64,000 nt of DNA from Mobula hypostoma (GCF_963921235.1 NC_086097.1:207578001-207642000); one strand, 5' to 3'; positions 1 to 12,862 are shown, counted from the first letter of the stretch. Numbers and translations: made by a program. The notes: generated by a model from the sequence alone, not told the origin.

Positions 1-322
1 ACGGCTCAGACCATTCTTATAGACAGCCTCTGTGTTCTTTGACAGTTTATTGTTAATTCGTATCCCCAGGTATTTGTAATCCTCCACCATGTCCACACTG
101 ACCCCCTGGATGGAAACAGGGGTCTGGTACCTTAGCTCTCCTCAGGTCTACCATCAGCTCCTTAGTCTTTTTCACATTAAGCTGCAGATAATTCTGCTCA
201 CACCATGTGACAAAGTTTCCTACCGTAGCCCTGTACTCAGCCTCATCTCCCTTGCTGATGCATCCAACTATGGCAGAGCCATCAGAAAACTTCTGAAGAT
301 GACAAGACTCCAAGGAAAGCAT
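1..322 (-). mobile_element. Rex1/Babar-type LINE RT fragment, running off the window start
   Basis: ORF 53..322 reads CHLQKFSDGSAIVGCI...NFVTWCEQNYLQLNVKKTKELMVDLR, a degenerate K(F/Y)ADD region followed by the LNVxKTKE motif. Confidence 0.8.
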
Positions 323-1639
323 TTCCTTTCTTCAGGTCAAGCTCTCCAGAAATAACATACAGGGGCACAGTGGTGGAAACTAAAAGATTCTGCAGGGATA
401 AAGCTTGTATATATTTCCCCATTGTTACATTGAGGCTAGAAATAGACATCAGTCAAGCTTCAACACAAACTAATATTTTATTCCACTTAAGAGTTCACAA
501 CAATTCACTCACTTTGCTACATATTTTCTATTCAGTATTACAAAGAACATCTGTCCATTATGTTATTGGTGTTTGTAGGAGCTTGCTATGCACAAATCGG
601 CTGCTTTGTTTCCAACACCTCAACAGCTATTATAATTTTAAGAATGCTTCATTAATTATAATAGCATAAGTAGCATCAAGAATGATTTACAGCTTCTGGC
701 AGCAATATTACACCAATTATCTTTTTTTAGCTACTGTTGCTATGTAACACACTGAAACTTCTCCTGAATTATCCCCCCCCCCACCATATCATTCAGTCTT
801 TTTCATTGAACACACTGGTTTGCTGTTTTACATTTTCTTTGGAGAATATTGAACCAGAATGTGGAAGGTTTTACCAGTCAACACAAGTAATATACAAGGA
901 CAATTTCTGCTTGTGGCTATTTCGTAGCTGTTTGCACAATATTTCAAAAATCACAATGTTATTTGAAACAGCAATGCAAGTAAATATTTCAATTCTTTTT
1001 ATGAAGTAGTATGCCATAGTGATCTTGATTTTCTGAAACATAGGATATGCAAAACCAGATAGAAATCTGGTATTATTTCTTATTAACTGACCATAGGATA
1101 GATCAGTTTAATTAACAACTCTGGTTGGCACGTTGTTATGAAGTGATATCATTAAGGATGATTGCTTACTGACCCTTCTCACTACTCTAGCTAACAAATT
1201 AATGAGCACATAGCTATTCAGTGCCACAAACTGGAATATATTTTTACCTTCGGTATATCACTTAAGGCTGTTATTTACTGCAATAAATATATCTTTAAGT
1301 GTTACATTGGTGGATTTACATGTTGGTTTATCATCACATTGCATCATACAGAGGCTGGAAGTAGGAATATGCTCAGAACCTACGTATTTACATAATTTAC
1401 CATTAATCATGAATAGCTGGTGTTGAGTGGTGGTTAAGCACTTCATTATGTGGAACAACAACAAAAAAGAGGATTTGTTAACCAATTCTGGACTTTAGAA
1501 GCAGTATAAAAATAGTCTCAAACTATGGGACTCAATTTTAACTCAAAAAAGAATTGGAATGAGGTGACCCAAAATAAGTGGTAAATTATTCTTGCTTTGA
1601 CAGTTCTCCTCCTGACCACAGGGAACCCCCTCCTCACAC

Positions 1640-2077
1640 CGCCCCCCCAGAAAGAGTCAGGACAATGCACCCAGCCACAACACATGCTGTCCAGTCTCTT
1701 AAAGACCGTCTGGCCTACAGTTTGAAGTCCCTTTTTAAATAGATGTCAAAACTGAGAAAGAATCGAAGCACAGAAGTATATAATCAGGGCGTACTTCTTC
1801 AACCCATTCCAAGGCTAAAATGATACCAGCCACCACAGATGTGAATACTGATACTTTGTTGGCAATTTTTTCATGATGCTCACCTGAAACTTTGAAACAT
1901 AAACAGAAACACATGAATGACTTGCCACTGGATATTTTGAACCATCTGTATACACATGTAGGAAAGCATAGTATCTATCTTGCATATAATGCTGAGATAT
2001 CTGTACCACTGATTCATCTCTTGTGCCCATTGATTTCCCATCCACCCAAAACTGAAGACCTTGTGCTGAAGATATGA
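1640..2077 (-). mobile_element. RNase H fragment of an I-group (Nimb/I-like) LINE
   Basis: Minus strand reads YAFLHVYTDGSK (ORF 1815..2141), then after a frameshift LEWVEEVRPDYILLCFDSFSVL, matching the layout of the LINE RNase H catalytic motifs. Confidence 0.65.
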
Positions 2078-2079
2078 AG

Positions 2080-2490
2080 ATACAGAAAGGTGCTAGAAAA
2101 GGACCAGTAACATAGTGAAGGATTCCACTCACCCTGCTCATGGACTGTTTATCCCACTTACATCAGGGAGGAGGCTACATAGTGTTCACGCCAGGACCAC
2201 TGGCCTCAAAAACAGTTACTTCCCCCAGGCAGTAAGGCTGATCAACATCTCCACCCACTAACCCACTACATTATAATTTCCTGAAAGCCACATTATGTAT
2301 AGACACTCCTGTGCCTAGCATCACTTTAAGAACATACAGTCATTCTATCTATATAAGCTATCATGTATTTATATTCCTTTTATTGTTGCGCTGTTATTGT
2401 GTTTTTTTATGCTTACCAGATCTGGAGTAGCAAATATTTCAGTCTCTTTTACATTTGTCTACTGAAAATAACATTGAACAATCTTGAGCT
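2080..2490 (+). mobile_element. Rex1/Babar LINE 3' end
   Basis: Encodes KDSTHPAHGLFIPLTSGRRL...NSYFPQAVRLIN, followed by a 3'UTR similar to the reverse complement of 13980-14270. Confidence 0.75.
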
Positions 2491-3134
2491 CCCAATATTC
2501 AACTAATGTTGCCAATATTGAATGACCAAATTTATGTCCTCTTATATTAACCCAATAAATCTCTCCTCATGCAAATGACATGGTGAGTAACTTTTTAAGA
2601 AGCACTTGAATTTCACATCAGCAGTGTTAAGAGAAGGCATTAGGACAAACACCAGTCATTGAGATGCTATGCAAGCTCTTTAATGTGTGCTAGCAGGGAT
2701 TCTAATTGGCAATCAGTTTTTAACAAGACTTCGGGTAGCTATTCCTAGTTCTGGTATCAGCTACTTTTCCTTGAACTAAATTGGCATTTCAGCTGGCAAC
2801 TCTATCTTGCTTATTAGCAGCCAGATTAGCAGCCTGTTTTCATCTCTTGTATCTTACATCACATGCAAAGTGGAGGAGTCTTTCCTTGTGTGAGAAATAG
2901 GAAAGGAACACAAAAATATCTTATGGATTTATACTTAATTACTGCTTCCCAAGTAATGCACTTTAGACTAAAGGTATTAAATTTACCTGACCCACCATAT
3001 AAATTGGTTTGAAAGCAAATACATTAAACACGAAGGGAAAAAAGTATTTACTGAGAAAGATCACAATATGTAAGAAACTATCTTTCAATCAAAAGATTTT
3101 TTAAAATCTTCTTAATGATGTCTATATCTTGTGT

Positions 3135-3395
3135 GACCCGACTGGTGGCGTAGTGGCATCAGTGCCGGACTTCAGGACAAAAGGTCCTGAGTTCGAATCC
3201 AGCCGGCTTCCCTGCACATTTTCCATCAGTGCTGGGCTACAAGCTGGTGAACTCTTTGGAAACTCACCCGGCAGAGGGCAATGGCAAACCACTGCTGTAA
3301 CTTGCCTCGTACGTGGTTCCCCACTACGTCAGAGAGGCATGGAGGGAAATCATCCACAAACCAGAGAGACTCCGGATGTGACTTACCTTTCCTTT
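3135..3395 (+). mobile_element. tRNA-derived SINE
   Basis: Pol III A-box TGGCGTAGTGG at 3146-3156 and B-box GAGTTCGAATCC at 3189-3200, then ~200 bp of non-tRNA body and a ttacctttccttt tail. Confidence 0.8.
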
Positions 3396-3921
3396 ATGCC
3401 TTGTGTAGGCTTATTCCCATGGGATATTTCTTTCACCTGTAATGCTTATTTTTGTTGTTACCTTACCATTTTCAGTTGATCCTGTGTCATTTGATCATTT
3501 TATCTGGGAGGGAAACATAGCCTTAGGAATCTCAGACTAAAATATTTCATTATCTAGATAAATTGATCTCAGTGAAACCCAACAAAAAAAAACAAAAGAG
3601 ATTGAAGCTATAAATCATGACTTATTTTTCAGAAACATAACAGTGGTTAAGTTCCTGTGAGTGTTAGACATGGGACATGGCAATGATCTTTTTCCCTGTT
3701 CTCTTAATTTAAAAGATTACATCTGCAAATTTTATTTGATTGACTTGCCTGCCTGCTAGATCACAAATTATACATTGTTTCATATTAGACATAGTTTTTC
3801 AATGCCTTTTGAGGGCCCTTTGAGCTCCAAGGAAACATATATGGCATTTATAGCTTTGTAATAATAAGAAATATTTGTAAGTAACAAGCCATTGTTAAAT
3901 ACTGAAAGAAATGATAAAAAC

Positions 3922-4556
3922 AGATTATGGTTATGAGGACACGCAGTCCCCTTTTATTGTCATTTAGTAATGCATGCATTAAGAAATGATAAAAATGTTT
4001 TTCCAGAATGATATCACAAAAACACATGACAAATGGACTTAAAAACTAACAAAAACCTCATAGTTACAACAGTGTAAAGCAATACCATAATTTGATGAGA
4101 ACAGACCATGGCACAGTAAAAGTCTCAGGGTCTCTCGAAAGTCCCATCATCTCACGCAGACGGTAAACCTCCAGCGCTGCCAACTTGTCGATGCAGCATA
4201 CTGGAAGCATCCGACCACAGTCCGACTCCGAGTCCGTCCGAAAAACTCCAAGCTTCTGACCACCTATTCAACACCGAGCACCGAGCAGCATCTCTGCCAA
4301 GCGTTTCAACCCCGGCCCCGGCAACAGGCGATACGCAAAGCCGAGGATTTGGGGCCTTTGTTTCTGGAGATTCTCGATCACATAGTAGCAGCGGCAGTGA
4401 AGCAGGCATTTTGGAAGTTTCTCCAGATGTTCCTCTGCGCTTCACGGCTGTGTCCATCAAATCCGGATAGTGCACAGCATCCCTAGTTACACATATCAAT
4501 ATTCATTCGGAACGGCCACGCGAGCTGCATCGCGTCGCCATCTTCTCCTCCCTCCC
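3922..4556 (-). mobile_element. Non-autonomous LINE-derived element, copy 1
   Basis: Similar end to end to 7693-8372. Minus-strand 5' end is GGGAGG..AAGATGGCG; 3' end has AATAAA plus a CATAA(C/T)C-type tail. Confidence 0.8.
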
Positions 4557-4737
4557 TTATTCACAGATCACAGAGAGCTGGTTGTAGAAGTCAAAGATTA
4601 TTGGCTAATATAATACTGGAGGTTGATATTATGCTAATTGCTAACTTAATGTTGATTTCTTGCCATCTGAACTTTGATACTATGATGCTAAACTTTTATT
4701 TTATGTCTCAAGAGCATCTGTCTCTCCCTTTCCACAG

Positions 4738-4806
4738 GAACTGGGGCAGGAATATTTTCACTGCACTCTTTGCCAAGCCACCCCAACAAAGAACAGAAAA
4801 GATCAG
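4738..4806 (+). pseudogene. Candidate exon A of decayed gene (ELGQEYFHCTLCQATPTKNRKDQ)
   Basis: Strong pyrimidine tract ending tttccacag, AG|gtagaa donor, 69 nt, open in phase 0. A second frame is also open. Confidence 0.45.
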
Positions 4807-4973
4807 GTAGAATTTAGAACTTAGGGATAATCTATCAATATCAAGCTGCTGCTTATGTGCCTCTTGCCACTATTGCTATAATAGGTGGTGCTCTAGAGGA
4901 AAGTATACAGTGTTTAAATCTGACTTCCATAGTGTTTTCAAAAGTTTTACTGAGCTGTTCCTTTTTATCATAG

Positions 4974-5103
4974 GTGCAACATCTCTGTGCCACCCATCCT
5001 TAGCTTCTGCTCCATCAACTTTTCTGAATGCTAGGCTATCACCCTCAGTTGTGCCTTCCTCCAACTGGTTTTCATCCATATCAATTGAACTGCATGCTGA
5101 GTG
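4974..5103 (+). pseudogene. Candidate exon B (VQHLCATHP*LLLHQLF*MLGYHPQLCLPPTGFHPYQLNCMLS)
   Basis: Acceptor ttcctttttatcatag, donor G|gtaaat. Joining to exon A in phase 0 completes C-x2-C-x13-H-x4-H. Two in-frame stops. Confidence 0.4.
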
Positions 5104-5639
5104 GTAAATGAAGTAGCAATGATAGTGAGTCCATGCGCCCTTACATCCCCCTCCCATGCCACATATACATTAGATCATCACTGATAAATGCTGACATCCA
5201 CTAATTGAAAGTAATATGGTCAACCTTTTGCCTCCGACAAATACACATTCTGCAAAGCAGAGAATAAAAACTGTCAAGGAAAAATTGAGAAATGTTTTTA
5301 TGACAAACTGCAACCCTTATTTCTATTTTATGATGATGGAATTGAGTGTGAAATTGCAATTACAGTGGACCCATAGCTCATGAAATAATAAAATATTTCC
5401 AACAGTTTGATAGTCAGGAGAAGCTGTGACAGCATCTGGTGGAATTTAGGAAATCAGGTGATCAATTTGGAAGCAGACAATGGTGGCAGCTCTCATGGAA
5501 CTAGTAGGGGAAGTGTCCTTATGGTGCAGGGGGAGAGGGGATTGATCATGGTTCGAGCTGGGTAAAACAGATTGATCCCTATGGTGATTGAGGTGTGCAG
5601 ACTCAGGGCTGGAGGAGATTGTTGTTTTGTTGACAGTCC

Positions 5640-8600
5640 GATTTACTTTGCTTTATACTTTATTGTCGCCAAACAATTGATACTAGAACGTACAATCATC
5701 ACAGCGATATTTGATTCTGCGCTTCGTGCTCCTTGGAGTACAAATCAATAGTAAATAGTAAAAATTTTTAATCATAAATAGAAAATAGAAAAATGGAAAG
5801 TAAGGTAGTGCAAAAAAACTGAGAGGCAGGTCCGGATATTTGGAGGGTACAGCCCAGATCCGGGTCAGGATCCATTCAGCAGCCTTATCACAGTCGGAAA
5901 GAAGTTGTTCCCAAGTCTGGCCGTATGAGTCTTCAAGCTCCCGAGCCTTCTCCCGGAGGGAAGAGGGATGAAAAGTGTGTTGGCTGGGTGGGTCGCGTCC
6001 TTGATTATCCTGGCAGCACTACTCCGACAGTGCGCAGTGTAAAGTAAGTCCAAGGACGGAAGATTGGTTTGTGTGATGTGCTGGGCTGTGTTCATGATCT
6101 TCTGCAGCTTCTTCCGGTCTTGGACAGGACAACTTCCATACCAAGTTGTGATGCACCCTAGAAGAATGCTTTCTACGGTGCATCTATAAAAATTAGTGAG
6201 GGTTTTAGGGGACAGTCCAAACTTCTTTACCTTTCTCGGGAAGTAAAGGCGCTGGTGGGCCTTCTTGGCAGTGGACTCTGCTTGGTTGGACCAAGTCAGG
6301 TCATTTGTGATATTGATCCCGAGAAACTTAAAGCTTTTGACCTGTTCCACTTGCGCACCATCAATGTAAATGGGGTGGTGCGGTCCGCTACTCCTTCTGA
6401 AGTCAACAACCAATTCCTTTGTCTTGCTGACATTGAGGGATAGGTTATTGTCTTAGCACCATGCCACCAGGTTCTTAATTCCTTCTCTATACTCAAATTC
6501 ACCATTACCAGAGATACGGACTGTAATTGTGGTGTAATCAGCAAACTTATATATTGAGTTCGATAGAAACTTGGCTACACAATCATGGGTGTACAGTGAG
6601 TACAGCAGGGGGCTGAGTACACAGTCTTGTGGGGCACCGGTGCTCAGAGTGATTGTAGAGGAGTACTTGTCCCCTATTTTTACAGCCTGGGTCCTGTCTG
6701 TGAGGAAGTTGAAGATCCAGTTGCAGATCTGAGTGCTAAGGCCCAGGTTCTGGAGCTTAGGAATCAGCTTATTTGGAACGATGGTATTAAAGGCAGAGCT
6801 TTAGTCAATGAAAAGGAGCCTTACATATGTACCTTTATTCTCCAGGTGTCCTAAGGAGGAATGTAGGGCCAGAGAGATGGCATCTGCTGTTGACCTGTTG
6901 CTCCGGTGGGCAAATTGCAAAGCGTCGAGGTTGACCGGTAGGCTGTGGTTGATGTGTGCCATAACCAATCTCTCGAGGCACTTCATAGCAATTGATGTCA
7001 GAGCCACAGGTCGATAGTCATTCAGGCATGCCATCTTGCTCTTCTTCGGCACTGGGATTATCGTTCCTTCTTAAAACACGAGGGGATCTTAGACTGAAGC
7101 AAGGAGCAGTTGAAGATGTCAGCAAACACTCCAGCTAACTCGCTTGCACAGGCCTGGAGAACCCGTCCTGGGACGCCATCTGGGCCCGTTGCCTTCCTTG
7201 GATTTATCTTCAGGAAGGCCCTTCTAACGTCTTCCTCAGTGACAATGAATCTCGATGCCACCAGGTCCGGTTCATCCGGAGGGAGCGGGACGCTCCTCTT
7301 CTGTTCGAATCTTGCGTAGAATATGTTAAGTTCGTCAGGAAGAGAAGTGCCAGAGTTATTGATATTCCCAGCCTTTTCTTTGCACCCACTGATCTCATTT
7401 AGACCCTGCCATAGTCTACCGGCATCCCTCTGGTTAGCCTGGGCTTCTAACTTGGCTCGATATTGCCTCTTGGCGCCCTTAATGGCTTTCCGGAGTTCAC
7501 GCCTGGATTCCGTGTAGCGGCTGATATCCCTGGACCTAAAAGCCGCAGCTCTAGCCTCCAAAAGGGACTTGACCTCATAATTCATCCAAGGTTTCCAGTT
7601 AGGGAATACCCGGATCATCTTGCGAGACACACAGTCCTCCGTGCATTTCTGAATAAAGTCAGTGATAGCTGAAGCATACTCATCGAGGTTAGATTAGATT
7701 ATGAGAACACTCAGTCCTCTTTTTATTGTCATTTAGAAATGCATACATGCATTAAGAAATGTTTCTCCGGAGTGATATCACAGAAAACAGGTCAAACCAA
7801 AGACTAGCCCTGACAGAACCACATAATTATAACATATAGTTACAGCAGCGCAAAACAATACCATAATTTGATGAAGAACAAACCATGGGCACGGTAAATA
7901 AAGTCTCAAAAGTCCCCAAGTCGATCGACTCCCGAGTCCCCATAGCAGGTGGCAAAAGGGAGAAACTCCCTGCCATAAACCTCCAGTCGCCATCAACTTG
8001 CCGATGCCTTGGAAGTAGCCGACCACAGCCGACGCTGAGTCCATCCATCCGAAAACTTCGAGCCTCTGACCAGCCCCTCCGATACAGCCTCCCAAGCACC
8101 TTCCTCTGCCGAGTGCCTTTGACCTCGCCCCGGCCGCTGAAACTCGCAAAGCCGAGGATTTGGGGGCCTTCGGCTCCGGAGATTCTGGTTACCACACAGT
8201 AGCAGTGGCAGCGAAGCGGGCATTTCAGAAGTTTTCCAGATGTTCCTCCGTGCTTTCATGTCTGTCTTCATCAAATCAGAATTGTGCATGGTCCCCTACT
8301 TGCCAGATAACAGACACCACCACTTAAGTGGCTACGCTGCTGCCATCGCGCCGCCATCTTCTTCTCCCTCCCAGGTTAGCTGCCGAGTCCTTGAATACTA
8401 ACCAGTCCACCGATTCAAAGCAGTCACGGAGGACCTCATCCGTTTCCTCCGTCCAGCACGACACCACTTTTGACACCGTGACCTCCCGCTTCAGTATCTG
8501 TTTGTAAGCCGGGAGCAGGAGCATGGCCTGATGGTCCGATTTTCCAAAGTGTGGTCGTGGGACAGAACGGTAGGCATCCTTGACTGCTGTGTAGCAGTGG

Positions 8601-9062
8601 TCAAGTATGTTTGAGCCGCTCGTGGAGCAGGAGACATGTTGGTATAACTTTGGCAGTGCCTTTCTGAGGTTGGTCTGGTTAAAGTCCCCGGCTGTAATGA
8701 GCAAAGCCTCCGGATACCTGGTTTCAAGTTCACTGATGTTGGTATACAGTATGTTCAGAGCACACTCCACGTCCGCCTGGGGGGGAAATGTAGACCGCTG
8801 TCAGTATGACTGAGGTGAATTCCCGTGGCAGACAGTAGGGACGACAATTCACTGACAGGTGTTCCAGGTCCGGGCTGCAGGAGCTTGTCAGTGCCACTGT
8901 GTCCCAGCACCACGCAGTGTTGATCAGTAGGCAGACACCACCTCCCCTCGTCTTGCCCGAAGGCGCTGTGCGGTCCATCCGATGGATCGAAAATCCGTCC
9001 GGCCGGATGGCACAGTCGGGGGTGGCGGGGAGAGCCAGGTCTCAGTGAAACAGAATACACCA
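5640..9062 (-). mobile_element. Rex1/Babar LINE (APE endonuclease + RT), 5'-truncated, interrupted at 7693-8372
   Basis: EN motifs FTETWL, SGKTRGGGVC, CRPYCLPREF, GDFN and SDH; RT motifs [22 protein letters not shown] and LFID; C-terminal LPSGRR; simple-repeat tail near 5640-5660. Several stops and frameshifts. Confidence 0.92.
7693..8372 (-). mobile_element. Non-autonomous LINE-derived element, copy 2, nested in the Rex1 ORF
   Basis: Perfect 7-bp TSD aggttag at 7686-7692 and 8373-8379. Removing it restores KDSAANLDEYASAITDFI. (TAATC)n tail on the minus strand. Confidence 0.9.
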
Positions 9063-9904
9063 GATACTGGCGCCAACATCTTGAAATTTACTTATAAATT
9101 TATAGGCCAAGGGATGGTTGTGGTCAGATCATGGGGAATATGTTGGTGGTCATTAGAATTAAATATGCAGATCCACGATTAGGAGAGCACTGGTTTACAG
9201 GATGGCTAATAGTCATAGTCATACTTCATTGATCCCGGGGGAAATTAGAGCACTGGACTATATAAAGTAACAGCAGGAGTAGGTCATATATCTTTAAGTC
9301 TGCTCTACCTCAATAACATCATGACTGCTCTGATCTTGGTTCCAAATTCGCTTTGCTACTTGATCCCCATAACCCTTGATTTCCATAGAATCTAATGTAC
9401 GATTAAGCTCATAGATTAAAATAAATGATTTATGATAAGATGGGCTCTTGACCTCGCAATCAACCATGTTGTGACTTTGCATCCTTCTCCCTACTTGCTT
9501 TATTTCACTTCATTACACATTCGCTTTATTATAGCACTTCATTCAGTTATTATTGTACCTGGTACGACTTCGGTGCTCTGTTGTAATGAGTTGATCTATA
9601 TGGACCATATGCAAGACAAGTTTTTTATTGTACTGTACCCTGGTATGTATGACAATAATAAACCAATTTAGCAACTTACCAATTTTAAATGACTCAGATT
9701 CCACAATCTCTTCAATGGTTTTGAAGCTTTAACTATTATTTCTAATGATTTTAGAGTTTAGGTACTTAATGTTTACTTTTGAAAATGTATCTAATGAGTT
9801 TAGCTCAAATTTTCCACACCTCACTCTCCCACCATAGAAAATAGTTTCTTCATCATAATCATTTAAACACAGTTATTAGATCACCCCTTAATCTACCATA
9901 CTTA

Positions 9905-10220
9905 GACCATAAGACATAGGAGCAGAATTAGGCCATTCAGCCCATCAAGTCTGCTCTGCCAATTTGATCATGGCTGATCCCAGATCCCATTCAACCCCAT
10001 ACATCTCTCCTCTTAGCATATCCCTTGATGCCTGACCAGTCAGGAATCTATCAACTTCCACTTTAAATATACCCACGGGACTTGGCCTCCACTACAGTCT
10101 GCGTCAGAACGTTCCACAGATTCGCCACTCTTTGGCTAAAACAATTCTCCTTACCTCTGTTCCAAAAGGTCACCCCTGAATTCTGAGGCTGTGCCCTGCA
10201 GTTCTGGATACCCCCACCAA
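9905..10220 (-). mobile_element. CR1 LINE 3' end
   Basis: CR1 3' terminus (ccataagacataggagcagaattaggcc) followed by a GHSLRI..VANLWN-type C-terminus on the minus strand. Confidence 0.75.
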
Positions 10221-11676
10221 CGAAACATACAAGTTTAGGCTCGGCAAACTACTCTCACATTTTGACCTCCGTAGCTCTCTTTCCATCCAATCAGTGTACC
10301 TCAACAATTGCTGCACCTCTCCTTTCCTGATATATGGTGCAAGAATGGAACATAGCACTCCAAATATGGTTTAAGTAGTGCTTTCTTTGAACAACTTTGG
10401 CACAAGTTTTATCTAACAGTATGTATGTATCAGAATCAAAGCCCAAGGTCCTTACTCATTATCCTCATTATATCTCAGCTATTTGTTTTCTATCCAGCCT
10501 AATAGTTTGAATTCAATTATATTTATTTTCTTTTTTGTTACAGTATATTTCTTTTGTAAGGCTTTGTTCAACGTATTCTGAAAGTTTGTTAGACGTGAGT
10601 TATTCACATCCTTACAAAACACAAGGAGACAAAGAGACCATTTGTCTTTTTGAATCTCTGCAAACTCTCAGGGCACTCCCATCCATCCCATTCCCTCAAT
10701 TCTAACACCCGCAGTGTCCCTGCCACCTCTCCACATGAGGAACAATTTACAGTGTCCAATGAAGGAATCAGAGGGCATGGGGGGAAATAGACATGATCAT
10801 AGGTGAAAGAGGAACTCCACATCAAAGCTCCCAAAGTCATAAATGAGCCCAGGTGGCTGGAGATGTTTGGTGCTTGGTAAATCTATTATTATCTCATATT
10901 TGACAAATTGCTCAGTCACTGTGTCCCTTATTGTAGATTCTGGTAGAATTTCTATAATCAACAATAAACCTACAATTACCCATTTTTCTTACCAGATTAA
11001 GTAATGCAGTTTTGTTTTAAATTAAGGGGACAGTTTCCAAATCAAATTACACAAAAATACTGGTATGCATGTTATTATTGACCCCTCTTTTAGTAAGGGA
11101 AGAAAAATTGCCACCACGAATCCAACTGCCACATAATTTAGGTAAACAATAAATTAGCTTTTCATTATGGTTCATTATTGGATAAACATACAAAGAAGTA
11201 CTTTGGCTTCCATTCAAGTTCTAGGCAACCATATCTATTCCATTTTCAAAGTATTTGACCTCTTCATAAAGAAGGTGAAGTTAAGGATGAATAAACCATA
11301 CACTTAAGTTGAAACAATATCATATTGTTTGCAAAAGCCAAGAAACAGTGTAAGAGTTCAACATTTCATATTTGTGTACCAGCAAGGTGGTAGGTTGCAG
11401 GTTGTAAATATGCACAAGATTAAAATTTAAATGTGTGTCCTCATCACTGGGTCCTCTATGTCTAATTAATTTTTCACATAACTCAGCAATACCAACAACG
11501 TTTCTGAGTTGCTGTTACAGACATCCCACCTCTCCCTGAAGTTCTGGGAGTCTCCCGCATATTGATAGTGGCTCCCTGACGCCCGGAAATTATATACCAT
11601 ATCCCGGAAATAGATTTTTTTGAGAGGGAGAGGGAGAGGGAGAGCGAGCATCCTGATTGGTCTCTCTTCATGCTAA

Positions 11677-12862
11677 GAGTGGTCCCCAACCACCCGGCCG
11701 CGAGGGAACAATATGATTTGGCGATGTGAAACGAAATGAGTCAGATGCACCTTTCCTCATTCCCTGTCACGCACTGTTGAATTTTAACGCACGCAAGGTC
11801 ATCAGTGACCCAAGACGTGCAAAGGAATGGTTCTGTGACCCAATTGTGAATGTCCCCAGTGAATCATCCATGTCAGCACGGGAAGAAGATCAACTCCTCG
11901 AGCTTGCAAATGATGGTGGGCTGGAAAGTATATTTGACGTAACATCTCTGCCGGCATTCTGGATCAAAGTCAAGGGTGAATATCCTGAGATAGCCACGAA
12001 AGCACTGAAAACATTGCTTCCATTTCCAACATATCTCTGCGAAGCAGAGTTTTCTGCAATGAATGCAATGAAAACTAAATTGCGGAATAGACTGGACATA
12101 AGGACCTCCCTTCGAGTATCGCTGTCTCCCCTCACCCCTCGATGGGACTGTCTTGTTGCAGGAAAACAAGCCCAGGGCTCCCACTGATTCAGCGGTATTG
12201 GTGTATTGCAATGATGTTATATGTTCATACGAGGAAAATATGCGCTGTGTTTAATATCTAAATGTTACTTAAAATGTTACGATGCTATTAACTTATAAGT
12301 GGTCCCCACCCTCCGGGCCGCGAAGAATACAATGGTGGCCGGAACGCACCCAGCACATCTTTAAGAAAAAAGCCGAAATAAACAAGCTAATTAATTAGGT
12401 GCCGCCCGGCACGTAAATATCAGCCCAGATCAGAGGCGATTGCCAATTGCGTCGTCTCTGATCTGGGATGACATTTACATGCCAGGCAGCACCTAATCAA
12501 TTAACTCGTTTATTTCAGCTTTTTTCTTAAAGATGTGCGGGGTGCGGGGTGCGGTCTGGCTACCGCTGTACCGCTGCATTCTTCACGGCCCGGAGGTTTG
12601 GGACCACTATTATAATTGACTTATCACTACATTCATGCGAGGAAAATACGCGCTGTGTGTTTAATATTAAATTTGTTGGATAAACCCCTTTAGAAACGAA
12701 ATTGAGTGTATTAGCCACTTACAAATGACTTACAGTTGACTTATCACTTATATTTCGGTAGCGTTTAACACATACCCTCCCCCCCCCCCCGGGTAGGCCG
12801 GTCCGCAAGAATATTGTCAATATTAAACCGGTACGCGGTGCAAAAAAGGTTGGGGACCCCTG
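11677..12862 (+). mobile_element. hAT-Charlie/Buster deletion derivative retaining the transposase C-terminus
   Basis: Charlie-type ends (gagtggtccccaacc ... ggttggggacccctg). ORF 11726..12187 reads FWIKVKGEYPEIATKALKTLLPFPTYLCEAEFS..KTKLRNRL..QAQGSH*, the hAT dimerisation domain. Confidence 0.9.
12298..12609. mobile_element. Palindromic Charlie-type MITE nested in the hAT element
   Basis: Near-complete self-complementarity around ~12450; ends agtggtcccc/gggaccact; ttataa is repeated at both junctions. Confidence 0.8.

Noticed and set aside
1248..1379. Possible minus-strand exon (SEHIPTSSLCMMQCDDK..)
   Set aside because: Poor pyrimidine tract, no recognisable motif, and all three frames hit stops.
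3135..3210. tRNA gene
   Set aside because: A and B boxes are present but there is no full cloverleaf, and it continues into a SINE body. The same applies to 37920-37988.
4876..5157. Minus-strand ORF (DMDENQLEEGTTEGDS..) as a host exon
   Set aside because: It has a plausible acceptor but a weak donor and no convincing partner exons. It is antisense to the better-flanked + strand candidate. Not fully excluded.
11726..12187. Domesticated ZBED/Buster gene
   Set aside because: Only the C-terminal fragment is present, inside TIRs, with no catalytic core.
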